Positions 1 through 9,831 of a DNA stretch of 64,000 nt are shown one piece after another. Source of the DNA: an uncultured Gammaproteobacteria bacterium (lineage in GTDB: Bacteria; Pseudomonadota; Gammaproteobacteria; Steroidobacterales; Steroidobacteraceae); NCBI GenBank assembly GCA_963706815.1, contig CAVPNS010000001.1, forward strand, positions 230,802 to 294,801. Reading direction: 5' to 3'. The notes below the pieces were generated by a model, which was not told where the DNA came from, searched no databases, and saw only the letters and a program-made list of their open reading frames with translations. The position numbers and the translations under genes are program-made. Positions within the stretch are counted from its first letter, which is position 1, and each line of letters starts with the position of its first letter.

Positions 1-1465
1 AACTGGCGTCCGCGAGCGCGCTGCGGATCGTCTCGACGACATACTTTGCCCGGAACTGCGACGCGGACAGGTTCACGGCGAGCCGCAACGGCGGCAGCCC
101 CTCGTCCTGCCAGGCGCGGCCCTGCCGGCAGGCCTCGCGTACGACCCAGTCGCCGATGCGGCCGATCAGCCCGCATTCCTCGGCGAGCGGAATGAAGTCT
201 CCCGGTGCGATCATGCCGCGTACCGGATGACGCCAGCGAACCAGCGCTTCGGCGCTGTTGACGGCGCCGCTCCTGATGTCGACCTTGGGCTGGAAGTGCA
301 GTTCGAACTGCTGGCACGCGAGCGCGGTGTGCAGGTCGCTCTCGAGGCGCACCTTTTCCTGGGTCCCGGTATTCATGCCGGGCGCGTAGCACTGCACCTT
401 GCTGTGGCCCACCTGCTTGGCGGCGTTCATCGCCGCATCCGCGTGCGCGATCAGCGACTGCGTGCTGGTTGCGTCCGAAGGATAATACGCGATGCCGATG
501 CTCGGCGAGGCATGGATGCTGATGCCGCTGATCTCAACCGGCGGCTGCATGGCCTCGAGGGCGCGGCGCGCCACTTCCTCGGCCTCGGCCGGGCTCGCCG
601 GCGGACTCAGCACGATCACGAATTCATCGCCGCCGATGCGCGCGACCGTATCGATATTGCGAACGATGCCGGTCAGGCGCCGGGCGACTTCCTGCAACAG
701 CTGATCTCCCGCACCGTGGCCCATCGAATCGTTGATCAGCTTGAAGCGGTCGAGGTCGCACAGCATCAGCGCGAAGGATTCGCCGTTGCGATCGGCATGG
801 GCGGCGGCCTGGGCGAGGCGGTCGTCGAGCAGCACGCGGTTCGGAAGCCCGGTCAGCGCATCGTGCGTCGCGAGATGCCGCAGTTCCTGGTTGGCCGCTT
901 CGAGTCCCTGCGTGCGGACGCTGACGGCCTGTTCCAGCGACTCGACCTGGCCGCGCATCGCACGCTCGTTCTGCCATTTGCAGACCAGCGCCGCCGCGCA
1001 CTGGACCGCCTCGATCGGTTCGAACGGCTTGCGCAGCACGAGGAGCTGGTCGGAGCGACCCAGCCGTGCCACCACGTCGAACCAGTCGTAGTCGGAATGC
1101 GCCGAGCAGATCACGACCTGTATGTGCGGATCGACGGCCCAGAGGCGCTCGATCGTCTCCAGTCCGTCCCAGCCGGGCGGCATGCGCATGTCGACGAAGG
1201 CCATGCTGTACGGGCGCCCGTCGGCGAGGGCCTTCTTCGCGATCTCGACGCCCTCGCGACCCTGGTAGGCGGAATCAATCTCGAACGCGGTCCGCTTCTG
1301 GCGGCTGGGCGCTTCGCCGAGCAGGATTGCCTCGGCCGTCAGGAACGATTCCTCCGCCGCGCTCTGGGTGTCCGGGCTCAGTACTTTACGAAAATCGTCG
1401 TGGATCGCGCGATTGTCGTCGATCAGCAGTATTCGCGGGCTGCCGGCGGGCGATGGTTTAGGCAT
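1..1465 (-). CDS. Response regulator receiver-GGDEF-EAL protein (3' end runs off the window start)
   Basis: Minus-strand ATG at 1465-1463. The junction ATGCCTAA overlaps the stop of the upstream kinase by 8 nt. My translation gives MPKPSPAGSPRILLIDDNRAIHDDF (receiver domain). It gives NIDTVARIGGDEFVIVLSP at about 603-658 (canonical GGDEF). It gives RWRHPVRGMIAPGDFIPLAE at about 181-240 (start of the EAL domain). The ORF track omits it because no stop lies inside the window. It is a paralog of 49747..51696. Confidence 0.85.
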   Translation of the reverse strand, partial: MPKPSPAGSPRILLIDDNRAIHDDFRKVLSPDTQSAAEESFLTAEAILLGEAPSRQKRTAFEIDSAYQGREGVEIAKKALADGRPYSMAFVDMRMPPGWDGLETIERLWAVDPHIQVVICSAHSDYDWFDVVARLGRSDQLLVLRKPFEPIEAVQCAAALVCKWQNERAMRGQVESLEQAVSVRTQGLEAANQELRHLATHDALTGLPNRVLLDDRLAQAAAHADRNGESFALMLCDLDRFKLINDSMGHGAGDQLLQEVARRLTGIVRNIDTVARIGGDEFVIVLSPPASPAEAEEVARRALEAMQPPVEISGISIHASPSIGIAYYPSDATSTQSLIAHADAAMNAAKQVGHSKVQCYAPGMNTGTQEKVRLESDLHTALACQQFELHFQPKVDIRSGAVNSAEALVRWRHPVRGMIAPGDFIPLAEECGLIGRIGDWVVREACRQGRAWQDEGLPPLRLAVNLSASQFRAKYVVETIRSALADAS

Positions 1466-3911
1466 GCGGCGCCTCGCGCGGCAGGACGAGCTCGAAGGTC
1501 GCGCCGCAACCGTGGCCGTCGCTGAGGGCGCGCAGGGATCCGCCGAGCTCGCGCGCGGTCAGCGCGGCGCTGTGCAGGCCGAAGCCGTGCCCGGTTTTGC
1601 GCGTCGTGAAGCCGTGCGTGAACAGGCGCGGCATGTTCTCGGCCGGTATTCCAATGCCGTTGTCGGTGACGCAGATCCGCACCTGCTCCTCGCCGCCGGT
1701 GACCTTGATGCTCACGAGCTTGTCCGTCCGGCCGGTATCGTCGCAGGCGTGCGTGGCGTTGTGTACGAGGTTCACCAGGATCTGCAGTACCTTGTGCCGG
1801 TCGACGCTGATCGGCGGCACCTCGTCGATATCGCAGGCTACGGTGATGCCGTGGCGCACCAGGGACCCGGCGTTGATGCGCTTGCAGTCCTCGATGATCG
1901 CGCTGACGGCAACCGATTCGATGACGCCGCAGCGCTTCGCGTAGCTCTGCTGCATCGTGACCGTGTCCTTGATGTGCTCGATGTTGCCGCGCAGTGAGGT
2001 GATTTCCTCGAGCGCGATGCGCTGGTCGGCCTGCAGCTGCTCGGCGAGCTGCGCAAGGTACGCGGGCAGCTGGCGGCCGCGCTCGTCCGCGGAAATGAAC
2101 GCGGCAAGGTCCGCCGAGCGCTCCTTCAGCAGGGCCGCGACCTTGCCCAGGCCGGAGGGCTTCGATTGCCGGATCCGGTCGGCCAGCAGGCTCGCCGAGA
2201 CGTTGACGCTGTTCAGCACGTTGCCGACGTTGTGCAGCACGTTGGTGGCGATTTCAGCCATGCCGGCTTCGCGGGACGCGGAAATCAGCTCCTTGTGCAC
2301 CCGTTCGAGTTCCAGCTCCGCGAGCTTGCGCTCGGTCACGTCCTGGATCACGGAAACGGCGCCGAGGGTCTGCCCCTGGGGATCGACCAGTCGCCGCGCG
2401 TTGGTCAGCGTCGTGCGCGGCGCGGAGCCGGAGGGCACGACCACGAGTTCCAGATCGCTGATGATCTCGCCGCGCAGCGCGCGCGCCAGCGGACGCTCGG
2501 ACGGATGCACCGGCGAGACGCCGTCGCTGAGATAGACTTCCGCGGTCAGCGGATAGTACCGTTCCGGCCCGCGCAGGGACCTGGCCATGGCGGTGATGCT
2601 GAACATGTCCTCGGCGGCGCGGTTATAGCGCGTGATCTTGCCGGTCGCATCGCAGGCGAGCAGCGCTACCGGCAGGTTCGTGATGACGGCCTCGAGCAGG
2701 GTCTGGTTCTGCAGCAGCGCGTCCGCCATCGCCTTGCGGACCGAGATATCGCGGACGAACTCCACCGAACACTCGGGATCCGCGTCGCCCTCGCGCACCA
2801 GCGCCGTCGTCGTCCGGACCCACAGGATCGTGCCATCCTTGCGGCGATAGCGCTTCTCGAGGTCCACGAAGCGCGCATCGCCGCGCCACAGCCGCTCCAG
2901 CTCCCCGGCCACGTGCGCGCGGTCCTCGCCGTGCGTCAGATCCGCGACGGACCAGCGCTCGAGCTCGTCGCCGCGAAACCCCAGCAGGTCGCTGAAGGCC
3001 TGGTTGCAGCGCAGGAACCTGCCGTGGCGGTCGGTGTAGGCAATGCCGATGGGCGCTTGCTCACAGGTGTTCTGGAACAGATTCTCGGAGCGCCGCAGTT
3101 CATTGCGCGCCGCCACCAGATCGGTCAGATCGGTGATCGCACCGACGAAGCCGGGTACGCCTTCGGCCGCGACCAGCTGTTCGGAGTACGAACGCAGCTC
3201 GCCGCCGACCGGCTCGGTGCTGTACTCGAATCGCACCGGCCGCGGATGCCGGCAGAAATCGTCCCAGTCGGACTGCAGCTGCGCCCGGTCATTGGGATGC
3301 ACCGCCAGCGGCCAGTCGTCGATGCTCTGGCCCGGCGCGAGCCCGAAGATCTTCCGATAGGCCGAATTGAAGTACGTGATGAGCCCGTTCGTGTCGGTGC
3401 GGTAAAGGGCCACCGGCGAGCTGTCGGCCAGGGCGCGAACCAGCGTCAGTTCCTGGCACAGCGCGACCTGTGCGCTGACGCTGCTGGCGAGCGCCGACAG
3501 GGCCGCGCGCTGGGGTTCGCTGAGCCGTCGGGCCCTGGAGTCGACGATGGCGAGCGTACCGTACGTCTGGCCATCCGCGCCGATCAGCGGCACTCCGGCA
3601 TAGCAGCCCGTGGCGGGTGCAAAGCGATCGTCGCAGGAGGCATCCGGGACCTCGAATAATCCGCCGGCGCGCAGCGTAAAGGGATCGAAGCGGCGGTGGT
3701 CGGGCAATGCAGGGTGAGCGGCGCCGTCCGATGGGCGGCGCCACGTGACGAGGGCTCCGGGCAGGGTGATGCAGGCGAGCGGCGCCTCGCAGACCAGCGC
3801 GGCGACCGCGGCAAGATCGCGCACTGCCGTTCGCGCCAGCTCGACCGACGCGTCGGCGCCGGATACCGGCGCCTCGCCGGGCATGGCCTGCGGATTGGGT
3901 ACGGCGCTCAT
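1458..3911 (-). CDS. Sensor histidine kinase (GAF, several PAS, HisKA, HATPase_c)
   Basis: 817-aa ORF. It has a GAF-like N-terminus (GVPLIGADGQTYGTLAIVDSRARRLS) followed by repeated PAS-like segments. The H-box is ATNVLHNVGNVLNSV. ATPase motifs are DNGIGIP and GHGFGLHS. Its stop overlaps the downstream regulator start. Confidence 0.9.
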   Translation of the reverse strand: MSAVPNPQAMPGEAPVSGADASVELARTAVRDLAAVAALVCEAPLACITLPGALVTWRRPSDGAAHPALPDHRRFDPFTLRAGGLFEVPDASCDDRFAPATGCYAGVPLIGADGQTYGTLAIVDSRARRLSEPQRAALSALASSVSAQVALCQELTLVRALADSSPVALYRTDTNGLITYFNSAYRKIFGLAPGQSIDDWPLAVHPNDRAQLQSDWDDFCRHPRPVRFEYSTEPVGGELRSYSEQLVAAEGVPGFVGAITDLTDLVAARNELRRSENLFQNTCEQAPIGIAYTDRHGRFLRCNQAFSDLLGFRGDELERWSVADLTHGEDRAHVAGELERLWRGDARFVDLEKRYRRKDGTILWVRTTTALVREGDADPECSVEFVRDISVRKAMADALLQNQTLLEAVITNLPVALLACDATGKITRYNRAAEDMFSITAMARSLRGPERYYPLTAEVYLSDGVSPVHPSERPLARALRGEIISDLELVVVPSGSAPRTTLTNARRLVDPQGQTLGAVSVIQDVTERKLAELELERVHKELISASREAGMAEIATNVLHNVGNVLNSVNVSASLLADRIRQSKPSGLGKVAALLKERSADLAAFISADERGRQLPAYLAQLAEQLQADQRIALEEITSLRGNIEHIKDTVTMQQSYAKRCGVIESVAVSAIIEDCKRINAGSLVRHGITVACDIDEVPPISVDRHKVLQILVNLVHNATHACDDTGRTDKLVSIKVTGGEEQVRICVTDNGIGIPAENMPRLFTHGFTTRKTGHGFGLHSAALTARELGGSLRALSDGHGCGATFELVLPREAPHA

Positions 3912-4068
3912 TGCTTCGGTGCTCCTCGATTCGCAGCCATTCAGAGCCCTGGTTAGAGCGACTCACATAGGCTGACGTCGGCATCGAACAGGCGGACTTT
4001 AGCGGGGTGAGCGCCGCACTGTGACGCCGGTAGCACTTCGGCCGCGCTGCGCGCGGCGCATCGCCGGA

Positions 4069-4638
4069 TTATGTCAATCGGTTGGCGCTGTTGGCCGCGA
4101 TCCACGCGGCGAAGCTTTGCATGAATTTCTGCAGGAACGCGCGGGTGGCCTCGTTGGTGAGCTGGCCCGACGCATCGAACAGCTTGTCGGCGCCGCCGAT
4201 GTACGCCTCCGGCTGCTGCATGACGGGCACATTGAGGAATACCAGCGATTGCCTCAGGTGGTGATTGGCGCCGAAGCCGCCGATCGCGCCCGGCGAGCTG
4301 CTGACAATCGCGCCGGGCTTGCCGCTCCAGGCGCTCTTGCCATACGGCCTGGAGCCGACGTCCAGCGCATTCTTGAGCGCGCCGGGAACCGAGCGATTGT
4401 ATTCCGGCGTCACGAACAGGACGGCATCGCTGGATGAGATCTGCTCGCGGAACGTCGTCCACGAGGCCGGCGGGCTCCCGTCGCTGTCCTGGTTATAGAG
4501 CGCCAGCTCCCCGATCCCGACGATACGCAGCTTGAGCGATTCGGGCGCCAGCGCTGCGAGGGCATGGGCCACCTTGCGGTTGATCGAGTCCTTGCGAAGG
4601 CTGCCCACCAGGACAGCAACAGAGTATTCACGGCTCAT
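4069..4638 (-). CDS. NADPH-dependent FMN reductase (ChrR/YieF-like flavoprotein)
   Basis: 189-aa ORF. The sequence VAVLVGSLRKDSINRK...AVLFVTPEYNRSVPGALKNALD is typical of the FMN_red family. A GGAGGG Shine-Dalgarno lies 8 nt upstream of the ATG. Confidence 0.88.
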   Translation of the reverse strand: MSREYSVAVLVGSLRKDSINRKVAHALAALAPESLKLRIVGIGELALYNQDSDGSPPASWTTFREQISSSDAVLFVTPEYNRSVPGALKNALDVGSRPYGKSAWSGKPGAIVSSSPGAIGGFGANHHLRQSLVFLNVPVMQQPEAYIGGADKLFDASGQLTNEATRAFLQKFMQSFAAWIAANSANRLT

Positions 4639-4671
4639 GGGACGGTCCCTCCGGTGAAGAAACGGGCAATG

Positions 4672-5934
4672 TCATGGCGGGGACTCGAGCGCCGCGGCAG
4701 CGGCACCGCCTGCGCACGCGCGCGCGCCGCGCGACACCGCCGCGACGCTCGCGAAGGTGGCGACGGCGAGCAGGCCGATCGTCGCCTCGACCAGCAGCAT
4801 CGCGCCCGAGCCCCAGCGGCTCTGCGCCCAGCCGTCGACGACGACCATATAGCCGATCGGGATGTTGGACATGGAGGCGAACACTTCATACTTGGTCGCG
4901 GCCGCGCCTTTGCCGATGGCCTCCAGCGTCACGGCCGACCATCCGGCGAAGCAGAACCCGGTAATCAGCGCGTAGGCGCTCGTGAACACGATGTACATCG
5001 ACTCCGTACGCGGGGCCGCCGCCATCCCGATCGCGCACAGCGCGAGCAGTACGCCGTACAGCGCATAAGCGACCTGGCGATCCAGCCGGTCGCTGATCCA
5101 GCCGCCGGCGAAGCAGCCGATCGCGGTGATGACGCCGCTCGCGGCGCCCGTGACGAGCGCGACCGTCGTGACGCTGGCCCGCCAGTCCCCGGCGAGCGCG
5201 GACCAGAGTCCGCCTGCGGAGCCGGTGCTGAGCGGCAGGAAGCAGATCAGCAGCCCCAGCTGGCCGCCGCGGGTTTTTGCGATGGCCCACAGGTCGCGCG
5301 CGACAAACGCGAGGTCGTGCCCGTAATGGCGTCCCCGCGGCAGCGCCGGCGGCTCGCGCACGAACAGCAGGGCGGCACAGCAGCACAGGCTGATCGCGGC
5401 GATCACGGCACCCGCCATCCAAGGGGCGGGAAGATTCTCGGCCATCCACAGGCCTGCGCCGCCGCCCAGGCCTCCGCCGCCCAGGCTGCCCGCCTGGCTC
5501 CACGCGCTGGCGCGGCCCTGACGATCCGCGGGGGTGTCGTAGGCCATCAGGCTCATGCTGGTCATGCCGATAAAAGTCACCGCGAAATTCGAGGTGATCA
5601 CCGCCGCATACAGCAGCGGCAGCGCGTGCGCGGTGGCGGGCAGCGCGCCCAGCGCGAGGACCCCGAGTGCGCTGACGGCGCTGGCGACCAGGTACCACGT
5701 CTTGCGCGACAGGGTCGTATCGACGATGGGCGCCCACAGGAATTTCAGGCTGTGCGGGATCGAGATGGAGGCAACCAGTCCCGCAATCGCCACGACCGGG
5801 AGGCCGGCCCGTGCGAGCAGGTAGACGATCGCCACCGAGATGTACCCCTGCATGGCGCCGAACGGCGCGATCAGCAGCATGAACACGACGGGATGCGCCG
5901 GGCGCGGTGCGCCGCTGCTGTGGACGGCCGTCAA
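4672..5934 (-). CDS. MFS transporter, AmpG-like
   Basis: The ORF is open from 6006 and is multi-pass hydrophobic throughout. LKFLWAPIVD resembles the AmpG family motif. The start is uncertain. I prefer the in-frame TTG at 5934, which has GAGG 5 nt upstream. The longest ORF starts at 6006 and an ATG lies at 5880. Confidence 0.72.
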   Translation of the reverse strand: MTAVHSSGAPRPAHPVVFMLLIAPFGAMQGYISVAIVYLLARAGLPVVAIAGLVASISIPHSLKFLWAPIVDTTLSRKTWYLVASAVSALGVLALGALPATAHALPLLYAAVITSNFAVTFIGMTSMSLMAYDTPADRQGRASAWSQAGSLGGGGLGGGAGLWMAENLPAPWMAGAVIAAISLCCCAALLFVREPPALPRGRHYGHDLAFVARDLWAIAKTRGGQLGLLICFLPLSTGSAGGLWSALAGDWRASVTTVALVTGAASGVITAIGCFAGGWISDRLDRQVAYALYGVLLALCAIGMAAAPRTESMYIVFTSAYALITGFCFAGWSAVTLEAIGKGAAATKYEVFASMSNIPIGYMVVVDGWAQSRWGSGAMLLVEATIGLLAVATFASVAAVSRGARACAGGAAAAALESPP

Positions 5935-6041
5935 TCGAACCTCGATTTGCCATTTCGGTGCCCGCGCATCGCCTGCAGTATGACCGCAGTCCCTGCGGCT
6001 GTGCAATTCTCAGGCATAGCGCGCCTGCGCCGGGAGCCCGG

Positions 6042-6497
6042 CTAGCGATAGCCGCGCATCAGCGCGCTCGCGATGCAGACCGGCTTCGCAAGTCCTTCGC
6101 ACTCGAAGGTGACGTGCCATTCGACCTGCACGCCCTCGCTGAACGGATTTGCCGCCGCCAGCCTGAAGCGGGCCCGCAGGTTCGAACCGACCCGTACCGG
6201 GGCCGGGAAGCGCACCCGGTTGATGCCGTAGTTGACCACCATGCGCACGCCATCGATGCGTATGGCCTGGCTGAAGAAATGCGGCAGCAGCGCCAGTGTC
6301 AGGAAGCCGTGGGCGATGGTCGACCGGTACGGTGATTCGCGCGCCGCACGCTCGGCATCGATATGGATCCATTGCCGGTCGTTGGTTGCGGCCGCAAAGG
6401 CATCGATCCGCGGCTGGTCGATGGGTATGAAGTCGCTGACGCCTATTTCCTGTCCGACGAGGGATTCGAGTTCACTGAGGTTCGCGATGATGCGCAT
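6042..6497 (-). CDS. MaoC-like (R)-specific enoyl-CoA hydratase/dehydratase
   Basis: Hot-dog fold signature DRQWIHIDAERAARESPYRSTIAHGFLTLALL. I chose the ATG at 6497 (MRIIANL), which has GGAGAC 5 nt upstream, over the longer ORF starting at 6548. Confidence 0.85.
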   Translation of the reverse strand: MRIIANLSELESLVGQEIGVSDFIPIDQPRIDAFAAATNDRQWIHIDAERAARESPYRSTIAHGFLTLALLPHFFSQAIRIDGVRMVVNYGINRVRFPAPVRVGSNLRARFRLAAANPFSEGVQVEWHVTFECEGLAKPVCIASALMRGYR

Positions 6498-6566
6498 TCG
6501 GGTCTCCGTTGAATATGGATTAGAATAGCGAAAATCGCCCGCCTGCACCTCGAAGGATGACCGCCC

Positions 6567-8618
6567 TTGATCCAGTCAACTTTGTCCGGCTCCGTCGCCG
6601 TCATTGTCTTCAGCAACCCGCCGGTCAACGCCCTGTCGGTCGTCGCGGGGACCCTCCATGAGCTGATCGGGGCGGTAACGGCCGCCGTTCAGGACCCCGC
6701 CGCCCGCGCAATCGTGATTGCGGCCGACGGCAGGTTCTTTTCCGCCGGTGCCGACATTGCCGAATTCGATACGGCTCCGGAGCGGGTCGATGTGCTGCGC
6801 AATCTCGGCTCGGATGTCATCGAGGCCTCGACCAAGCCGGTCGTTGTCGCGATCCACGGCATGGCGCTCGGGGGCGGCCTGGAGCTGGCGCTGTGCGGCC
6901 ATTACCGGATCTGCGCGCCGGGCACCCAACTGGGATTTCCCGAGATCAGCCTGGGACTGTTGCCGGGGGCGGGCGGCACGCAGCGCTCGCCGCGCCTGAT
7001 CGGCGCCGCCGCAACCCTGCGCATGATGCTGGGCGGCCAGTCGATCGACGCTTCCGAGGCGCTGCAACTGGGGCTCATCGACCGAATTGCGGACGGCGAT
7101 CTGCGCAGCGCGGCGATTGGCTACGCCGCGCAGGTCTGCGCGACGGGCCCCCGTCGCAGCAGGGATCAGCCGGTTGTCGGGGACAGCACTGCGGCGATTG
7201 CGGCCGCACGCGCCGCCCATGCCCGGCCGGCCCGGAACCAGGCGCCGGCGTTCATCATCGACTGCATCGAGGCGGCCGGTGCGAAATCCTTCGCGGAAGG
7301 CCTGGCAATCGAGCGCGACCGCTTCACGATGCTGATGAATTCGGAATCCTCGCGCGGCCTGCGCCACGTGTTCTTCGGCCGGCGCGAAGTGAACCGCATC
7401 CCGGGGATGGCGGCGGCGGCGGCCGCCAGGCCGATACGCAGCGTCGCGGTGATCGGCGGCGGCCTGATGGGAACCGGCATCACGATCGCGCTGCTGAACG
7501 CGGATCTGAAGGTTCACCTCGTGGAGGTGCGCGCCGAGGCTTTGGAGAAATCCCGCGCGACGATCGCGCAGACGATCCGCCGCGACGTGGACAAGGGCCG
7601 GATCAGCGCGGCGGACTCCGATCAGCGCCTGGCCGCGCTGACGACGGGCGGCGAGTTGACTGCCCTGCACGGCGCGGACCTCGTGATCGAGGCGGTCTAC
7701 GAGTCGATGCAGGTAAAGCGCGATGTCTTCCTGGCGATGGATGCGCACGCCGATGCCCACGCCATCCTTGCGAGCAATACCTCGACGCTCGACCTGGACC
7801 AGATCGCGGCCGTGACCAGCCGCCCCGAGCGCGTCGTCGGGCTGCACTTCTTCAGCCCCGCCAACGTCATGAAGCTGCTGGAGATCGTGCGCGGCGCCCG
7901 GACCTCCCCCGCGGTGCTGGCGGCCGCCGCGGCCTTCGGCAAGGCGATCGGCAAGGTCGCCGTCGTAGCCGGGGTGTGCGACGGCTTCATCGGCAACCGC
8001 ATGTTCGAGGAGTATCTGCGCCAGGCGTACTACCTGCTGGAGGAGGGCGCGCTGCCTGCCCAGGTCGACGCGGCGCTGGAGCGCTTCGGCATGGCGATGG
8101 GGCCGCTGCGCGTGATGGACCTCGTCGGCCAGGACATCGGCTGGAGCATCCGCAAGCGCCGGGCCGTCGATCAGCCGGACCGGCCCTACTCGAAGCTGCC
8201 CGACATGATCTGCGAGATGGGCCGCTTCGGCCAGAAGACGGGATCCGGCTTCTACCGCTACGCGGACGGCCGCACCGCGATGCCGGACCCCGAGATCGAT
8301 GCGCTGATCCTCGCGCACTCGCAGAAGCTGGGAATCACCCGGCGCAACATCGACGATGAGGAAATCGTCGATCGCTGCATCTACGCCCTCGTCAACGAGG
8401 GAGCCCTCATACTCGAGGAAGGCATTGCCTATCGGGCCGTCGATGTCGACATGGTGACCGTGTTCGGCTACGGCTTCCCCGCCGATCGCGGAGGCCCGAT
8501 GTTCTACGCCATGCGCCGCGGGCTGGCCGGCGTGGTGCGGCGCATGCAGCAGTTTGCATCCGGGGTGAACGGATGGACCTGGAAACCGGCCGCGTCATTA
8601 TTGAAAGGTTCGATTTAA
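6567..8618 (+). CDS. Bifunctional enoyl-CoA hydratase / 3-hydroxyacyl-CoA dehydrogenase (FadB/FadJ-type)
   Basis: 683-aa ORF with a TTG start and GAAGGA 9 nt upstream. The N-terminus is crotonase-like (FFSAGADIAEFD, GGGLELAL). A Rossmann motif VAVIGGGLMGTGI and a 3-hydroxyacyl-CoA dehydrogenase C-terminal region follow. Confidence 0.9.
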   Translation: MIQSTLSGSVAVIVFSNPPVNALSVVAGTLHELIGAVTAAVQDPAARAIVIAADGRFFSAGADIAEFDTAPERVDVLRNLGSDVIEASTKPVVVAIHGMALGGGLELALCGHYRICAPGTQLGFPEISLGLLPGAGGTQRSPRLIGAAATLRMMLGGQSIDASEALQLGLIDRIADGDLRSAAIGYAAQVCATGPRRSRDQPVVGDSTAAIAAARAAHARPARNQAPAFIIDCIEAAGAKSFAEGLAIERDRFTMLMNSESSRGLRHVFFGRREVNRIPGMAAAAAARPIRSVAVIGGGLMGTGITIALLNADLKVHLVEVRAEALEKSRATIAQTIRRDVDKGRISAADSDQRLAALTTGGELTALHGADLVIEAVYESMQVKRDVFLAMDAHADAHAILASNTSTLDLDQIAAVTSRPERVVGLHFFSPANVMKLLEIVRGARTSPAVLAAAAAFGKAIGKVAVVAGVCDGFIGNRMFEEYLRQAYYLLEEGALPAQVDAALERFGMAMGPLRVMDLVGQDIGWSIRKRRAVDQPDRPYSKLPDMICEMGRFGQKTGSGFYRYADGRTAMPDPEIDALILAHSQKLGITRRNIDDEEIVDRCIYALVNEGALILEEGIAYRAVDVDMVTVFGYGFPADRGGPMFYAMRRGLAGVVRRMQQFASGVNGWTWKPAASLLKGSI

Positions 8619-8631
8619 GGAGTTCGCAGCG

Positions 8632-9816
8632 ATGACTGACGTCTACATTCTTTCCGCGGTGCGCACCGCGATCGGCACTTTCGGCGGCGCGCTCAAGGAC
8701 ATTGCGCCGACGGACCTGGCGGCAGCGGTGACGCGCGCGGCGCTTGCCCGCGCCGGCGTCGAGGGCGCGGCGATAGGGCACGTCGTGTTCGGCCAGGTGA
8801 TCGCGACCGAGCCGAAGGACGCCTATGTTTCGCGCGTGGCCGCGATCAACGGCGGCATACCCCAGGAGACCCCGGCGCTGACCGTGAACCGGCTGTGCGG
8901 CTCGGGCCTGCAGGCCGTGATCAGCGCCGCGCAGACGATCATGCTCGGCGAGTGCGACTTCGCGCTGGGCGGCGGCGTGGAGAGCATGAGCCGTGCGCCG
9001 TTCTTCGCACCCTCGATGCGCTGGGGCAAGAAACTCGGCGATGCAACGCTGGTGGATGCGCTGAATGGCGCGCTCAGCGATCCGTTCGGCAACGGCATCA
9101 TGGGGATCACGGCCGAGAACGTCGCCGAGCGCTATCATATCGATCGCGCGACGCAGGACGCGGCAGCGCTCGAGAGCCAGCGGCGCGCGGCGGCGGCGAT
9201 CGCCGCGGGGCGCTTCGTCGAGCAGATACTGCCGATCGACATCAAGGTGCGCGGCAAGGCGGCCCAGTTCGCGGTCGATGAGCACGTTCGCGGCGACACC
9301 ACGCTTGCCGATCTGCAGAAGCTGCCGACGATATTCAAGAAAGAGCACGGCACGGTCACGGCCGGCAACGCATCCGGCATCAACGACGGCGCCGCCGCCG
9401 TCGTCCTGGCCGGAGCCAAGGCGCTTTCCGGCATATCCGCGAAGCCGCTCGCGCGCCTGGTCGCCTACGGACACGCCGGCGTGGATCCGGCCTATATGGG
9501 CATCGGACCCGTGCCGGCGACGCGCATCGCGCTCAAGCGCGCAGGACTCTCCATCGGGGACATCGACGTCATCGAAGCCAACGAAGCGTTCGCGGCGCAG
9601 GCCTGCGCCGTGTCGAAGGAACTGGGTCTCGATCCGGCAAAGGTGAACCCGAACGGCAGCGGCATCTCGCTGGGTCACCCGATCGGCGCGACCGGTGCGA
9701 TCATCCTGACCAAGCTCGTGCACGAATTGCGGCGCACCGGCGGCCGCTACGGCCTGGTCACGATGTGCATCGGCGGCGGCCAGGGCATAGCCGCCATCAT
9801 CGAGAACCTGGAGTAG
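8632..9816 (+). CDS. Acetyl-CoA C-acyltransferase (thiolase)
   Basis: 394-aa ORF with AGGAG upstream of the ATG. Thiolase motifs are VNRLCGSGLQAV, NEAFAAQ, GSGISLGHPIGATG and CIGGGQG. It lies 13 nt after the FadB-like gene. Confidence 0.92.
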   Translation: MTDVYILSAVRTAIGTFGGALKDIAPTDLAAAVTRAALARAGVEGAAIGHVVFGQVIATEPKDAYVSRVAAINGGIPQETPALTVNRLCGSGLQAVISAAQTIMLGECDFALGGGVESMSRAPFFAPSMRWGKKLGDATLVDALNGALSDPFGNGIMGITAENVAERYHIDRATQDAAALESQRRAAAAIAAGRFVEQILPIDIKVRGKAAQFAVDEHVRGDTTLADLQKLPTIFKKEHGTVTAGNASGINDGAAAVVLAGAKALSGISAKPLARLVAYGHAGVDPAYMGIGPVPATRIALKRAGLSIGDIDVIEANEAFAAQACAVSKELGLDPAKVNPNGSGISLGHPIGATGAIILTKLVHELRRTGGRYGLVTMCIGGGQGIAAIIENLE

Positions 9817-9831
9817 GGGGCCGGTCTCGCG